Shown one piece after another: positions 40,345-49,741 of a stretch of DNA of 64,000 nt. The position numbers were made by a program, and so were the translations under genes. The notes under the pieces are model-generated. The model ran no database searches and was not told the DNA's origin. It saw nothing but the letters and a program-made list of their open reading frames with translations. The stretch covers positions 334,958 through 398,957 of the forward strand of contig CP129472.1 of the NCBI GenBank assembly GCA_030583725.1. The letters are read 5' to 3'. Source of the DNA: a bacterium (GTDB taxonomy: Bacteria > Patescibacteriota > Microgenomatia > UBA8517). Position 1 is the first letter of the stretch; each line of letters opens with the position of its first letter.

Positions 40345-40581
40345 AATCCTTGTTTTTCAAAAAAAATAATCTCCCCTTAATTTGGAGAGATTTAAATAAT
40401 TGATTCTCTCCAACAAACCTTAAACCTTAATAATAAGGCTAGAACAAAACGGCATGTTGGAAAAAATATTCATTAGTTAAATAGTACCTAAGGCGTTTAT
40501 CAGTTCACGCGTGACAAACTCGTTTATCATATCCCTTGAACCATGCAAAGTCAAGTAGTCAGATTGTATCAAAAACTAATC

Positions 40582-40842
40582 TTACTTTAAACACTTTGCC
40601 TCAGACTTTACTTGTTCCGGAGAAATTCTATCACCTTGTACGTCTGCAAAAATTGAACCACCAGCAGAATCAGGTCCTCCACATGAATAACCCAAAGGAC
40701 AACTTCCGCATTTGACTTTTTTCACCATAGCAATATTTGTTCCTTCAGAAAAAATTATGCGATGACTATCTGTGGGGGATATACTAGCAGCCAAAATTTC
40801 TGTCATATGGCAATATATATCATAATGTTTTATTTTTTTCAA
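40582..40842 (-). CDS. hypothetical Cys-rich small protein
   Basis: CGSCPLGYSCGG motif. The start is uncertain because a 36-codon CPKCG zinc-ribbon ORF (40820-40930, minus strand) overlaps it in another frame. Confidence 0.3.
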   Translation of the reverse strand: MKKIKHYDIYCHMTEILAASISPTDSHRIIFSEGTNIAMVKKVKCGSCPLGYSCGGPDSAGGSIFADVQGDRISPEQVKSEAKCLK

Positions 40843-41069
40843 ATTGTTGTATTACCATATCGTTAAATTCTACATAAACAGTCCCCACCCTGCCACATTT
40901 TGGGCATCTGAATCTGAATGTGTGAGCCATCCGGGTCTGGAACCGTTTAGTCCCATAACCACTTGGTTCTTACCATTGTCTCACGTCCTGGCTAAACAAG
41001 ACAAATAAGACACTATAAAAGGACTGTCTCAGTTTACTGATGTATTTTGATATAGATAACTACTTATCC

Positions 41070-42722
41070 TTATAACTGAATCTCTTTTCCATCCGAACCA
41101 GCTATAGTCATCTTAATCTTAGAGTCCTTTTTGGGGTATTTTTCCAGAAACTCTTGATTTTCACTCACTAAGTAGATGGTGTGGTACTCGCTTCCATCCT
41201 TTCGCTTCAAATCTCTGCCTTTAAGCAAGCCTTCTCGCCTGAGTTTACGAATTGAGGACGGATGAACGCCTCTATTGGAAGTAATCTCAAATTTATCAAA
41301 CCACTCAGACTTGTCATCGTGTTTACTGCGTTTTAGTGGCGGAATGACACCTTCCACTATATTCCTTCGACAATCGACACAACGTAAGCCATCCAGATTC
41401 CACCAAATCTCATTTCCATAATGACTTTCACCACAAATGCCACAATTGTATGGACCTTCACTGGCTTCTAGGAAGAAACCATCTGGTTCTTTGGTAAGTC
41501 TGCGTTTTCGCATGTTTTCAATGCCGTCATGTTCACCAATGAGTCTTGCGAGTTGGACTAGATTGTTAGAAGCATATTTTTGTCGCTTAGCTTCATCAAT
41601 CTTTGATTTTGGTTTAACAGGTTCTTCTTTCTTGCCAGCGAGTTTAAGCATGTCTTCTTCACGCTCATGGCCCTTTAATCGACCTTCAAGGTATCCAAGT
41701 CTGTAACTGACACTATTGGAGAGTAATCGCCAGTTTGTGTCTTCTAGTGAGTTCTTAATGACCTTTTCTAGCTCCGAAACACTGATTCTGTCTCTTCTGG
41801 ATGAGTCGGCATCTTGAACGGTGAAGGGAACAATCACATATTGGCCTATTTCTGGTTTATCAAACGATAGTTTGGCGTATTTAGCGTTCTCAAGCGACTT
41901 GGTTAGCAAAGTTTCTAGATCAGAGATGTTGGTCTTCTTGAGCTGTAGAGAGCGCTCATAGACAGGATTATCGTACTTTTGCATTTCTTCTTCCCGTACG
42001 ACCTTAGCTACTTCCATCGCCTCTATCAGCTCAATGTATTCTTGACCCTCTTTGTCGGACAAACAGAACTCAGAGCGGTATTTTTCAAGTAACTCCTTGT
42101 CTTTTTTCTTCTCAGCTTCTCGTTCAAGATCTTTCTTGCCCAAATCCTCAACTTCAACTTTCTTGTATTTACATGAGGTACATTTTTCAGTGGTGGTTAT
42201 AACATCGCCTTTTCGTTTGTAGATGGTCTTTATCTCTTTACTACACTCAGGGCATAAATTTGGTTTTGAGATGTGTTCTTCACCATTGTCATACAAGCCT
42301 AGACGCTTCTTGCACTTTGGACATTCAAAAATAAACATAACTCGCATTGGTTTATCTTCTGGCCAGTCTTCCAGATGCTTAAAATCTTCGGCAACCATCT
42401 CGGTTTTACAATGGGGACACAAAACATTGGCAGGTGAAGGGGTATTGTCTACTTTGTCTTGCCTTACTCGATCTTTTTCTACCCAATCGCTGATAGTCTC
42501 TGCTTTACGTCGATATTCCTCACCCTTTTTAACTCGTAGATCCCAAGAAATGTAATGATTAAAACCTTTTTCTACTTCTTCTGGAGAAATTTCTTTAAGC
42601 TTGGGGTCGGTATCTTTTTTCTTGTATAAGTCTTGCCAGAAATGAATAACTTTTAAGCAGGCCTTTATAGTGAAAAGGTCGTAAAGATCAACATAATATT
42701 GTTCATCTTTAAGATATTTCAT
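41070..42722 (-). CDS. multi-zinc-ribbon protein (three CxxC...CxxC ribbons plus a KE-rich coiled coil), unknown family
   Basis: CPHCKTEM...CPKCKKR; CPECSKE...CTSCKYKK; CGICGES...CVDCRRN. A paralog occurs at 63204. Confidence 0.6.
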   Translation of the reverse strand: MKYLKDEQYYVDLYDLFTIKACLKVIHFWQDLYKKKDTDPKLKEISPEEVEKGFNHYISWDLRVKKGEEYRRKAETISDWVEKDRVRQDKVDNTPSPANVLCPHCKTEMVAEDFKHLEDWPEDKPMRVMFIFECPKCKKRLGLYDNGEEHISKPNLCPECSKEIKTIYKRKGDVITTTEKCTSCKYKKVEVEDLGKKDLEREAEKKKDKELLEKYRSEFCLSDKEGQEYIELIEAMEVAKVVREEEMQKYDNPVYERSLQLKKTNISDLETLLTKSLENAKYAKLSFDKPEIGQYVIVPFTVQDADSSRRDRISVSELEKVIKNSLEDTNWRLLSNSVSYRLGYLEGRLKGHEREEDMLKLAGKKEEPVKPKSKIDEAKRQKYASNNLVQLARLIGEHDGIENMRKRRLTKEPDGFFLEASEGPYNCGICGESHYGNEIWWNLDGLRCVDCRRNIVEGVIPPLKRSKHDDKSEWFDKFEITSNRGVHPSSIRKLRREGLLKGRDLKRKDGSEYHTIYLVSENQEFLEKYPKKDSKIKMTIAGSDGKEIQL

Positions 42723-42727
42723 AGCCT

Positions 42728-43579
42728 TTAACTGTCTTTATAGTTTCCTATCTCGAAAATAGCGGCCTGTAAAACCTGCCAGCTAATTTTTGCTGTATGT
42801 TCATGTGGACTAAAACCGCTCGCTACCTGCTGGTAGGGGTGAATGTAATTTCTAAAATCTCTTAGTGCGTGACTATGTTTCTTCACATCATCCCCCAAAA
42901 TTTTGAGATCACTCGCGGTGTCAATAAAATTAGATAGTGTCCAGTTGTGAAAAGGTAGAACTTTTCCTTCTTTCTGAGGGGCGCATTTTGATTGATTGAA
43001 TTTTCTAGCGTATTTACTTGCTGTCCCTAGAAGAATTCCTTCCAATGTGCTGCCACATAAGAAGATAGTTGCTAAAGAAGACTTTGATGATAAACACTTC
43101 CTAATTTCTTCAATTCTTTGGCTAAGGGTATCAGTGATTGTTGTATCCAAACCTAATTTTTCCAGAGAAACACTCTTAAATTCTTTATTTATAAATTCAT
43201 CTTCAGATGATACTTGATCTGATTGTTTTGGCGGTTGGCCTCCCACAAGTCTAATGACGATCTTTTGACATTCATCAAAAAGAGACTGATCGTTACTTGT
43301 AATAACCACGCCATCAATAAGCCTCTTTGTTTTCCAGTACTCTAGTAAGTCGGCTATTAACTTTCCGACAATATGGTTAGGCTCTTGCTCCCATAGAGAT
43401 CTCAGCCTATTAGCTTTTGATCCGCTTGCATAAGAGTATTTATCACTCCATATATCAATTTTTATAGCCGAATGAACAAACTCCTGAAGTTTTTGATTGG
43501 AAAGGTCAAGAACATAACCACCACCCATTTCAAGTATTCGTTCAAGTTTCAATTTTTCAATATTAGTAATATTTGACAT
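42728..43579 (-). CDS. hypothetical protein with C-terminal HEPN-like R-x6-H motif
   Basis: HALRDFRNYIHPYQQ near the C-terminus. There is a 6-nt gap to the AAA_13 gene upstream and a 5-nt gap to the ribbon gene downstream. Confidence 0.5.
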   Translation of the reverse strand: MSNITNIEKLKLERILEMGGGYVLDLSNQKLQEFVHSAIKIDIWSDKYSYASGSKANRLRSLWEQEPNHIVGKLIADLLEYWKTKRLIDGVVITSNDQSLFDECQKIVIRLVGGQPPKQSDQVSSEDEFINKEFKSVSLEKLGLDTTITDTLSQRIEEIRKCLSSKSSLATIFLCGSTLEGILLGTASKYARKFNQSKCAPQKEGKVLPFHNWTLSNFIDTASDLKILGDDVKKHSHALRDFRNYIHPYQQVASGFSPHEHTAKISWQVLQAAIFEIGNYKDS

Positions 43580-43585
43580 GTGTAT

Positions 43586-45814
43586 CTATCCAGTAATTGA
43601 TTTCTCCAATATTGAATAGTGTTCTGGGAATGTTGTTTGAATCATTTCAAGCAAATATTTAACATTCTTTTGAGTCTCTTGAACCAAAGAGGGATCAAGA
43701 CCTTTTCCAGTTATGTGTGATTGATCGTTTGTGAACTTATATATTGCTGTAAGTTTGTTTTGATCAAATTTATCATTTAATGATTCAAGTTTTTTGAACG
43801 GACTCTGGTTGCTTGGGACTCTAAACATTAAGAATGTCTCTAATGCTTTCCTGGCTATATTAGGCATATGATATACAGACATGATTGTGCCATCAGACTT
43901 AAATGTATAGAGAAGTTTAAAAAGAAAATGGTATTCACTCTCATGATCCTGAAGATCTTTGTCTAGCAGGGAGATGCTGGCTACTCTCCCCGCAGTAGTG
44001 TCAGTATTTTTGATCATGTAATAGCTTTTTTCGCCTGCACTGTTAGGAATATTTTTTACCCAATTTAAAAGTAATCTAAGAAAATCAAAATTGTGAGTCA
44101 GTACAAATATTTGCTTTGCATCCTTAACTGAATTTTTTAAGAAGGCAAAAGCTTGAAATAATGAATTAGAATCTAAACTAGATACAGGGTCGTCTATTAC
44201 TAAAATTCCTTCTTTCGTGTCAAAATTCTGATCCTGTAAATGAACAGTAAAATACACGAATGCAATTGCTGTTTTTTCTCCCTCACTTAAATTCTCAGCT
44301 ATTTTTCCATGTCGCTTAATAACATAACCATCACCTTCTACCTCAAAAGTTATTTCATCCCTTCCTAGGAAAGTTTTTATACCATCATTAATCGCCTTAC
44401 AGGCTTTGTGCGAGGAAGATATTTTGCTCTTATTTTCGATGATGGCCTTACTTGTTGATTCAAGATCACTCTTTTTGTTGGTCAAGTCTTTCTTGCTATT
44501 TTCCATTTTTGTCTCAAGTTCATTGATGTCATCAAAAATAGTGCTTAAATAATGTTTTTCCAATTCTTTTTGGGCATTTAATTTTTCATTCTTAAAATTG
44601 TTTGATTTATCATTATGCTGTTTGATCAATTCATTTATTTCACTGATTGCACTAAGAAATTCATCTAGATTTATTTTTTGTTCAAAATTAACTACTTCAG
44701 TGGTCTTTGACTTTTTTTCTTTTACTAAAGTTCCAGCTTTTGTGATCTCACCTAGGATGGTCTTTTTTACTGTCTCAAATTTCTCTGCCTTCTTTTGGTA
44801 ATCTGGTTGAATTTCATCATAAAGATTCGCTTTATCTATCGTTTTTACTGTCTCAATCTGTGAATAAAGTGACCTGAGGTCAGATAAATTCTCGTCGATT
44901 TTAATCTTTAGCTTTTTGTCAGCGTCATTGAAGTGTTTTGCGAGCTCGAGAAGCCTTTCTTTTGGTAAACTTTGATTACAGAATTCGCAGACGGTTGACT
45001 TGTGTGTTTCGTGGATGTGAATACCATTTTCAACCCACTCTGAAATATCGGCATTGTCTTTTAGTTTGTCTATTATTACTGTTTCAACAGTTTCTCTACA
45101 CAAGTTAACGGCTACCTCATTTATTTTTTCTATACCTTTATTGGTGTCATAGGTATTACCCCCAATCACCAACTGAGGAGTGGAAAGTAGGGTTAGCTGA
45201 GGCTTTTCTAGTTGTCTAAGGGTGAGGTTATGCTTAGTAAGTCCAGCCTCATCAATCAATTCCTTCTTTAAAAGTTTTTTGAAAGCTTCTTCGGCGTCTC
45301 GTTTGTCATACCGACGAGTGGCCTCACCTGAGGTGTTGGAACTAATTGTTCTCGCAATATCAGTAAACTTCTTATTTTTATCCTTTTCTTGATTTTCCAA
45401 ATCTAGTTTATGTTTCTTGATTTGAGAATTAAGGCTGATAACTTCTTTCTCATCCTTTTCTATCTGATCTGCAATTTTTTTATTCTCTTCTCCCAGAATG
45501 TATATTGGTTTTGCAGTACAAGATAAGACCTGTACATTATTTGCAACATAATCTTGATTGAACACTCTCACTTTTCTGGAGTAGGTTGTTCCTTGCTTGG
45601 TTACTCCAGATTCAGAATCAATTTCATATTCCAGTTCCGGGAACTTAGTTGACTGTCCAGATTCGAGGGTGTCAAAAAGACTAGAAAGAGTGGTTTTGCC
45701 ACAGCCATTCCATCCATAAATAATGTTGTACCTTTTAAAATCAGGCAAAGAAGAATCCCAGACATAGTCACTGAATATTCCTAAGTTTTTTATCTTCTTA
45801 ATTTTCTTGATCAT
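43586..45814 (-). CDS. AAA_13/RloC-like ABC-type ATPase with long coiled coil and CxxC zinc hook
   Basis: Starts MIKKIKKIKNLGIFSDY (a typical AAA_13 N-terminus), Walker A GWNGCGKTT, a coiled coil of more than 400 aa containing CEFC, and Walker B/D-loop LVIDDPVSSLD. I trimmed 20 codons from the ORF-track start. Confidence 0.7.
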   Translation of the reverse strand: MIKKIKKIKNLGIFSDYVWDSSLPDFKRYNIIYGWNGCGKTTLSSLFDTLESGQSTKFPELEYEIDSESGVTKQGTTYSRKVRVFNQDYVANNVQVLSCTAKPIYILGEENKKIADQIEKDEKEVISLNSQIKKHKLDLENQEKDKNKKFTDIARTISSNTSGEATRRYDKRDAEEAFKKLLKKELIDEAGLTKHNLTLRQLEKPQLTLLSTPQLVIGGNTYDTNKGIEKINEVAVNLCRETVETVIIDKLKDNADISEWVENGIHIHETHKSTVCEFCNQSLPKERLLELAKHFNDADKKLKIKIDENLSDLRSLYSQIETVKTIDKANLYDEIQPDYQKKAEKFETVKKTILGEITKAGTLVKEKKSKTTEVVNFEQKINLDEFLSAISEINELIKQHNDKSNNFKNEKLNAQKELEKHYLSTIFDDINELETKMENSKKDLTNKKSDLESTSKAIIENKSKISSSHKACKAINDGIKTFLGRDEITFEVEGDGYVIKRHGKIAENLSEGEKTAIAFVYFTVHLQDQNFDTKEGILVIDDPVSSLDSNSLFQAFAFLKNSVKDAKQIFVLTHNFDFLRLLLNWVKNIPNSAGEKSYYMIKNTDTTAGRVASISLLDKDLQDHESEYHFLFKLLYTFKSDGTIMSVYHMPNIARKALETFLMFRVPSNQSPFKKLESLNDKFDQNKLTAIYKFTNDQSHITGKGLDPSLVQETQKNVKYLLEMIQTTFPEHYSILEKSITG

Positions 45815-45995
45815 AGTTTTCAATAAACTTCTTGATATCTTCTTTTCTATATTTCCTGTCTTTTCTTGTTCCAAATCGTACAGCCTTAAGAATGCCTTTT
45901 TTATCCCACAATCTTAAGGTATTAGGATGAACTTTTAATAGTTCACAGGCCTCCCTCATGCTCAGTAGTTCTGGTATTTTGTCGTCATTTTTCAT
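45798..45995 (-). CDS. excisionase/AlpA/MerR-type helix-turn-helix DNA-binding protein
   Basis: LSMREACELLKVHPNTLRLWDKKGIL HTH; length 65 aa. Confidence 0.6.
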   Translation of the reverse strand: MKNDDKIPELLSMREACELLKVHPNTLRLWDKKGILKAVRFGTRKDRKYRKEDIKKFIENYDQEN

Positions 45996-46226
45996 TTTTT
46001 GTTAACCTACCAATAGTTAACAATAACTTACACCAATTTCCTTCTAATGACAAATAAAGTCTTGATTGCTAAAACCTTGTCAAGTGGGTAGTTTCGGTGA
46101 ATTTAAAAAACTGAAGAAAATTATTTAGGTCGTTAAATCGGTCTATTTTATGTATTACCCTCCGTTTCACCCACCTCCACCGTGTCACCTAGGTCATTCA
46201 AAAACCCGTGGTAAATTGGCTTAATT

Positions 46227-47555
46227 ATGAAAGACACAAAGATTCAAACGGTGGAAGTTCCCGTGAACGAACTCATCACACCAGACTATAACCCTCGCAA
46301 GCATGACGACCTTGCTAAAGAACAATTAAAAGAAAGCATCCGTCGATTTGGGATTGTCGACCCGATAGTCGCAAACTCCTCGCTTGCCCGCAAAAACATA
46401 GTTATCGGAGGCAACTTTAGGTTGGAGACAATCAAAGAGCTAGGTTACACCACCGTTCCTGTCGTATACGTCGATATACCAGATCTTGATAGGGAAAAAG
46501 AACTCAATATTCGCCTCAATAAAAATACTGGCGAGTTTGATTGGAATCTGTTGGCGAAGTTCGATGTCTCGCTACTTACTGATATTGGTTTTACCAGCGG
46601 TGAACTCGACACGATCTTTGATATCGAAGACACGCCTGAGGAATTTAATCTTGAAAAAGAGTTAAAGAAGCTAGACATAGAGACTATAAACACTAAAAAA
46701 GGTGATGTGTATGAGTTGGACGGAAGTCGGTTAATGTGTGGCGACTCAACAATAGTAGAAGACTTCACCAAGCTTATGAATGGTGAGAAAGCGGATATGT
46801 GTTTTACTGATCCGCCTTACATCCTCGATTACCTCAATGGCAAGAAAAAGCATGGCTCGGCAGTTACAGGGTTTGGTGCAAAGCGAGATAGAAGATATTT
46901 GGAAACTGATGTGCTTCCACCAGACTTTACTGAGAAATGGATGGGCAATATCGCCAAAGCCCAAAAAGAACATTTCAGTATTATTGTTTACGAGAACTGG
47001 AAGAACATTCGTACCATTTGGGGTGAGATGGAGAAATTCTGGAAGGTTAAGAACATGATCGTCTGGCACTTACCCAACAGACATCAAGGATTTTCAGCTA
47101 AACACAAGTTTTTCTCTAAACATGACATAGCCATGGTTGGTGCTTCACCAGATGTAGATGTTGAGTTCAACTGGGAAGAAGAAGCAGACGGGTTACAAGA
47201 AGAATACGAGACCGCACTATATGCCATAGCAGGCAAACCCCACTGGGAAGGCTACGAGCGAGGCAGGAAGAACCAACCAACTGATTTCATCGAGTACGTA
47301 GCCTCAGATGAGAAGCATTCTGGGCAAGGTGTAATTTTTGGTACGAAGCCCACTGAAATCCTCATTCCATATATTAAGATGCTCACTAAGCGTGGCGATC
47401 TCATTATTGAGCCATTTGGAGGCAGTGGAAGCACTCTGATGGCCTCAACCAAGATGAAGCGCCGATGCTACATCATGGAAAAATCGCCAGTCTATACCGA
47501 GGTCATTATTAAACGCTGGGGAAAGCTGACTGGACTAAAAGCAAAGAAACTATGA
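46227..47555 (+). CDS. ParB-like nuclease domain fused to beta-class N6A/N4C DNA methyltransferase
   Basis: An N-terminal ParB/Srx fold pattern, then DPPY (CFTDPPYILDY) and a later FGGSGST motif I (EPFGGSGSTLMA). This is the beta order, IV before I. Confidence 0.8.
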   Translation: MKDTKIQTVEVPVNELITPDYNPRKHDDLAKEQLKESIRRFGIVDPIVANSSLARKNIVIGGNFRLETIKELGYTTVPVVYVDIPDLDREKELNIRLNKNTGEFDWNLLAKFDVSLLTDIGFTSGELDTIFDIEDTPEEFNLEKELKKLDIETINTKKGDVYELDGSRLMCGDSTIVEDFTKLMNGEKADMCFTDPPYILDYLNGKKKHGSAVTGFGAKRDRRYLETDVLPPDFTEKWMGNIAKAQKEHFSIIVYENWKNIRTIWGEMEKFWKVKNMIVWHLPNRHQGFSAKHKFFSKHDIAMVGASPDVDVEFNWEEEADGLQEEYETALYAIAGKPHWEGYERGRKNQPTDFIEYVASDEKHSGQGVIFGTKPTEILIPYIKMLTKRGDLIIEPFGGSGSTLMASTKMKRRCYIMEKSPVYTEVIIKRWGKLTGLKAKKL

Positions 47556-48148
47556 TCGATGAAACTACTGCCAAACGCCAAGCGAGGAATAAGGAACTAC
47601 TGTTACTACAGTTCACTAAGATACCAATTGTCCAAATTGCATGTGAGAAGGTTGGGATTAGCCGAGCCAGTTACTATCGCTGGCGACAAGAAGACAAAGA
47701 TTTTGCTGATAAATCTGATGTGGCCATTGGCGAAGGAACTCTACTCATGAATGACATGGCAGAGTCTCAGCTTCTTTCATTAATAAAGGATAAGCACCCA
47801 ACAGGAATTATCTTTTGGCTTAAACATCATCATCCCACTTATGCGCCAAAATATGAGATTTCAACGATCAGCAATAAAGATAGCCTGACGGAAGCAAATA
47901 TAAATGAACTGACACAGCTTCTCTATAACAAAAGCACCTTTAAACAGGGTCAGGAGATGCTGACCTCATATGTTTTTAGAGGTTTTATCAGCGAAAAATT
48001 TGCCCAGTTAATACTAAAGATGTTTATCTCCCAACTTCGAGCTGAAGATGTTATGACCAGAAAAGCTGAAGCTGAAATTATGACTGAAGTCCTAAGAAGA
48101 AAAGTAGAACGCAAAGAAAAGAAGAAATTCGAAAAAACATGGACTTAA
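47552..48148 (+). CDS. HTH-domain protein (terminase-small-subunit / transposase-HTH-like)
   Basis: IACEKVGISRASYYRWRQED HTH. A 4-nt overlap with the upstream gene. Confidence 0.45.
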   Translation: MIDETTAKRQARNKELLLLQFTKIPIVQIACEKVGISRASYYRWRQEDKDFADKSDVAIGEGTLLMNDMAESQLLSLIKDKHPTGIIFWLKHHHPTYAPKYEISTISNKDSLTEANINELTQLLYNKSTFKQGQEMLTSYVFRGFISEKFAQLILKMFISQLRAEDVMTRKAEAEIMTEVLRRKVERKEKKKFEKTWT

Positions 48149-48933
48149 ATAAAGCATCTCTCATTCAAAAGATTATTTCAAAAGGTGTGGTTCTGACACC
48201 ATTTGAAGCGATTCAGTTGCGATATCTCGAACGTAAGGGCATTTTGAACGGCCTCATTAATATTGAGAGAGAAGCCAATCCATACATTGCCGCTGAACGA
48301 GCAACGGGGCCAATTTCACCTGTGATGGTCAACTTTATGGTTCAACAAACAAGAGCCGAATCACCTGATGAGTACCAGGAATATAACTTTGCCTATGAAT
48401 CCATGCTCGATCAAGATAGTAATAGCACCAAGCAGGCATATAAAGGGTTAATGCTGATAACTCAACTCAGGCTAATTAAAGCGGAATTTCAAGCAACACC
48501 AATTCATAAGACCAAAGGTTCCTTGTTAGATTTTGGCTCGTATTCTTATTATCACCACAGCACCAAAACTTTCACTCAAACTTTAGAGTCTTTGGGAGAC
48601 ACATTTAAATACTTTATTCAGGACATCGATAACATTCTGACATTGAACTGTTATCTTCATGAGTTAGCGGAACTAAAAGATTTCCAGTGTCTGAGTTTAT
48701 TAAAGTTGTGGTTAAGTAAGCCAATAAGCAGTCACAATGAGGACTTTGAATATTTAAATGGAGCGTATCTTTGTTGTAGTTCGGAAATGATCAATTTGGT
48801 ATTAGATAGAAACCATCAAAACTATGTTGATGGTTTAGAACGTCATGTTGGACACATATCTATAGATTTCGCAGAAAATTCGCTTAAGTACGTTAAGAGC
48901 GTACTTGGAGATTTAACTAAAGCAGATCTTTAA
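48139..48933 (+). CDS. hypothetical protein
   Basis: A 264-codon ORF with a 10-nt overlap with the upstream gene. Confidence 0.45.
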   Translation: MDLNKASLIQKIISKGVVLTPFEAIQLRYLERKGILNGLINIEREANPYIAAERATGPISPVMVNFMVQQTRAESPDEYQEYNFAYESMLDQDSNSTKQAYKGLMLITQLRLIKAEFQATPIHKTKGSLLDFGSYSYYHHSTKTFTQTLESLGDTFKYFIQDIDNILTLNCYLHELAELKDFQCLSLLKLWLSKPISSHNEDFEYLNGAYLCCSSEMINLVLDRNHQNYVDGLERHVGHISIDFAENSLKYVKSVLGDLTKADL

Positions 48934-49340
48934 AGTCCAAGGATCTGTTTTTTCTTCTGGTCAAACTCTTCTTGGGTTAAGATTCCTTTGTCTTTAAGTT
49001 GACTAAGCTTCTCGAGTTCATCTGCGTCACTTGCTCCACCTGATTTTTTCTTCATCAGATTAAGGATGAGTTCTTCAGCCTTCTTGGCTTCGGCAACTTT
49101 CACAAAAGGAGCTTCGAGCTTTTGATCACCTGTACCAAACACTTTGACGGTAGCTGCTCCTGGAGACATGAATACAGCCGCCATCACTACTTTAATTTCA
49201 ACTCCTGTGAGTTGTTCTTTCATGATGGTGTTAGCCTTATATGATCCGAGGAATTTAAGCTCTATAGCGACTCTGTCGTCATAGACCATTAAGAATCCTT
49301 TGGTGGTTCTGGCTTTAAGTAGTACTTTCATAGTTTTCAC
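48930..49340 (-). CDS. SHOCT-domain protein
   Basis: The C-terminal LKDKGILTQEEFDQKKKQIL is the SHOCT motif. Confidence 0.6.
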   Translation of the reverse strand: MKTMKVLLKARTTKGFLMVYDDRVAIELKFLGSYKANTIMKEQLTGVEIKVVMAAVFMSPGAATVKVFGTGDQKLEAPFVKVAEAKKAEELILNLMKKKSGGASDADELEKLSQLKDKGILTQEEFDQKKKQILGL

Positions 49341-49458
49341 CTCCTATCGTAATGATGCAATGCTAACTTACATTTAGCATAAAATCAAGCTCTTTACCAG
49401 GCTAAATGCTAACTGTGGTTAAGTGGACTATCCTCTAAGATATTTCGACAATGTATGA

Positions 49459-49671
49459 ATGAGAAAAAATGCAAAGTTACCAAAAGTCCTAGGCAAGAGA
49501 GTCCAGAAGCGCAGGAAGGAACTTGGACTCACTCAGGAAGATGTGGGTTATAAAGTCGGCATTAGTCGGGCTTATATGGGTTATATTGAGCAAGGTAGAA
49601 ATGCACCCTCTCTCGAGATACTTGAGAAAATCGCCAAAGCACTCAAGTCTCCAATTAGTGATTTTTTCTAA
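49459..49671 (+). CDS. XRE-family HTH transcriptional regulator
   Basis: LGLTQEDVGYKVGISRAYMGYIEQGRNAPSLEILEKIA. Confidence 0.75.
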   Translation: MRKNAKLPKVLGKRVQKRRKELGLTQEDVGYKVGISRAYMGYIEQGRNAPSLEILEKIAKALKSPISDFF

Positions 49672-49741
49672 CCCATCGCCAAGTGATGCAGTAACACCCA
49701 GTTGACTTATGTATGTGAATATCATTATATGATATATACAT

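Noticed and set aside
40345-40581. Searched the greA upstream gap and the 40843-41069 gap for RNase P, SRP, tmRNA or 6S-like conserved blocks, such as GGAAAGUCC and the GGAA-tetraloop SRP helix 8.
   Set aside because: No recognisable conserved motifs. There are weak hairpins only (ATCTCCCC...GGAGAGAT).
40958-40976. A tRNA-Glu-like fragment at the left island edge, considered as a possible attL.
   Set aside because: Only 11 contiguous matching nucleotides, on the opposite strand from the real tRNA, and not the 3' end of the tRNA. Most likely chance.
45798-45874. The 77-nt overlap between the HTH ORF and the AAA_13 ORF as tracked.
   Set aside because: The overlap is resolved by starting the ATPase at MIKKIKKIKNLGIF (45814), a typical AAA_13 N-terminus. 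That leaves a 17-nt overlap, and both genes are kept.
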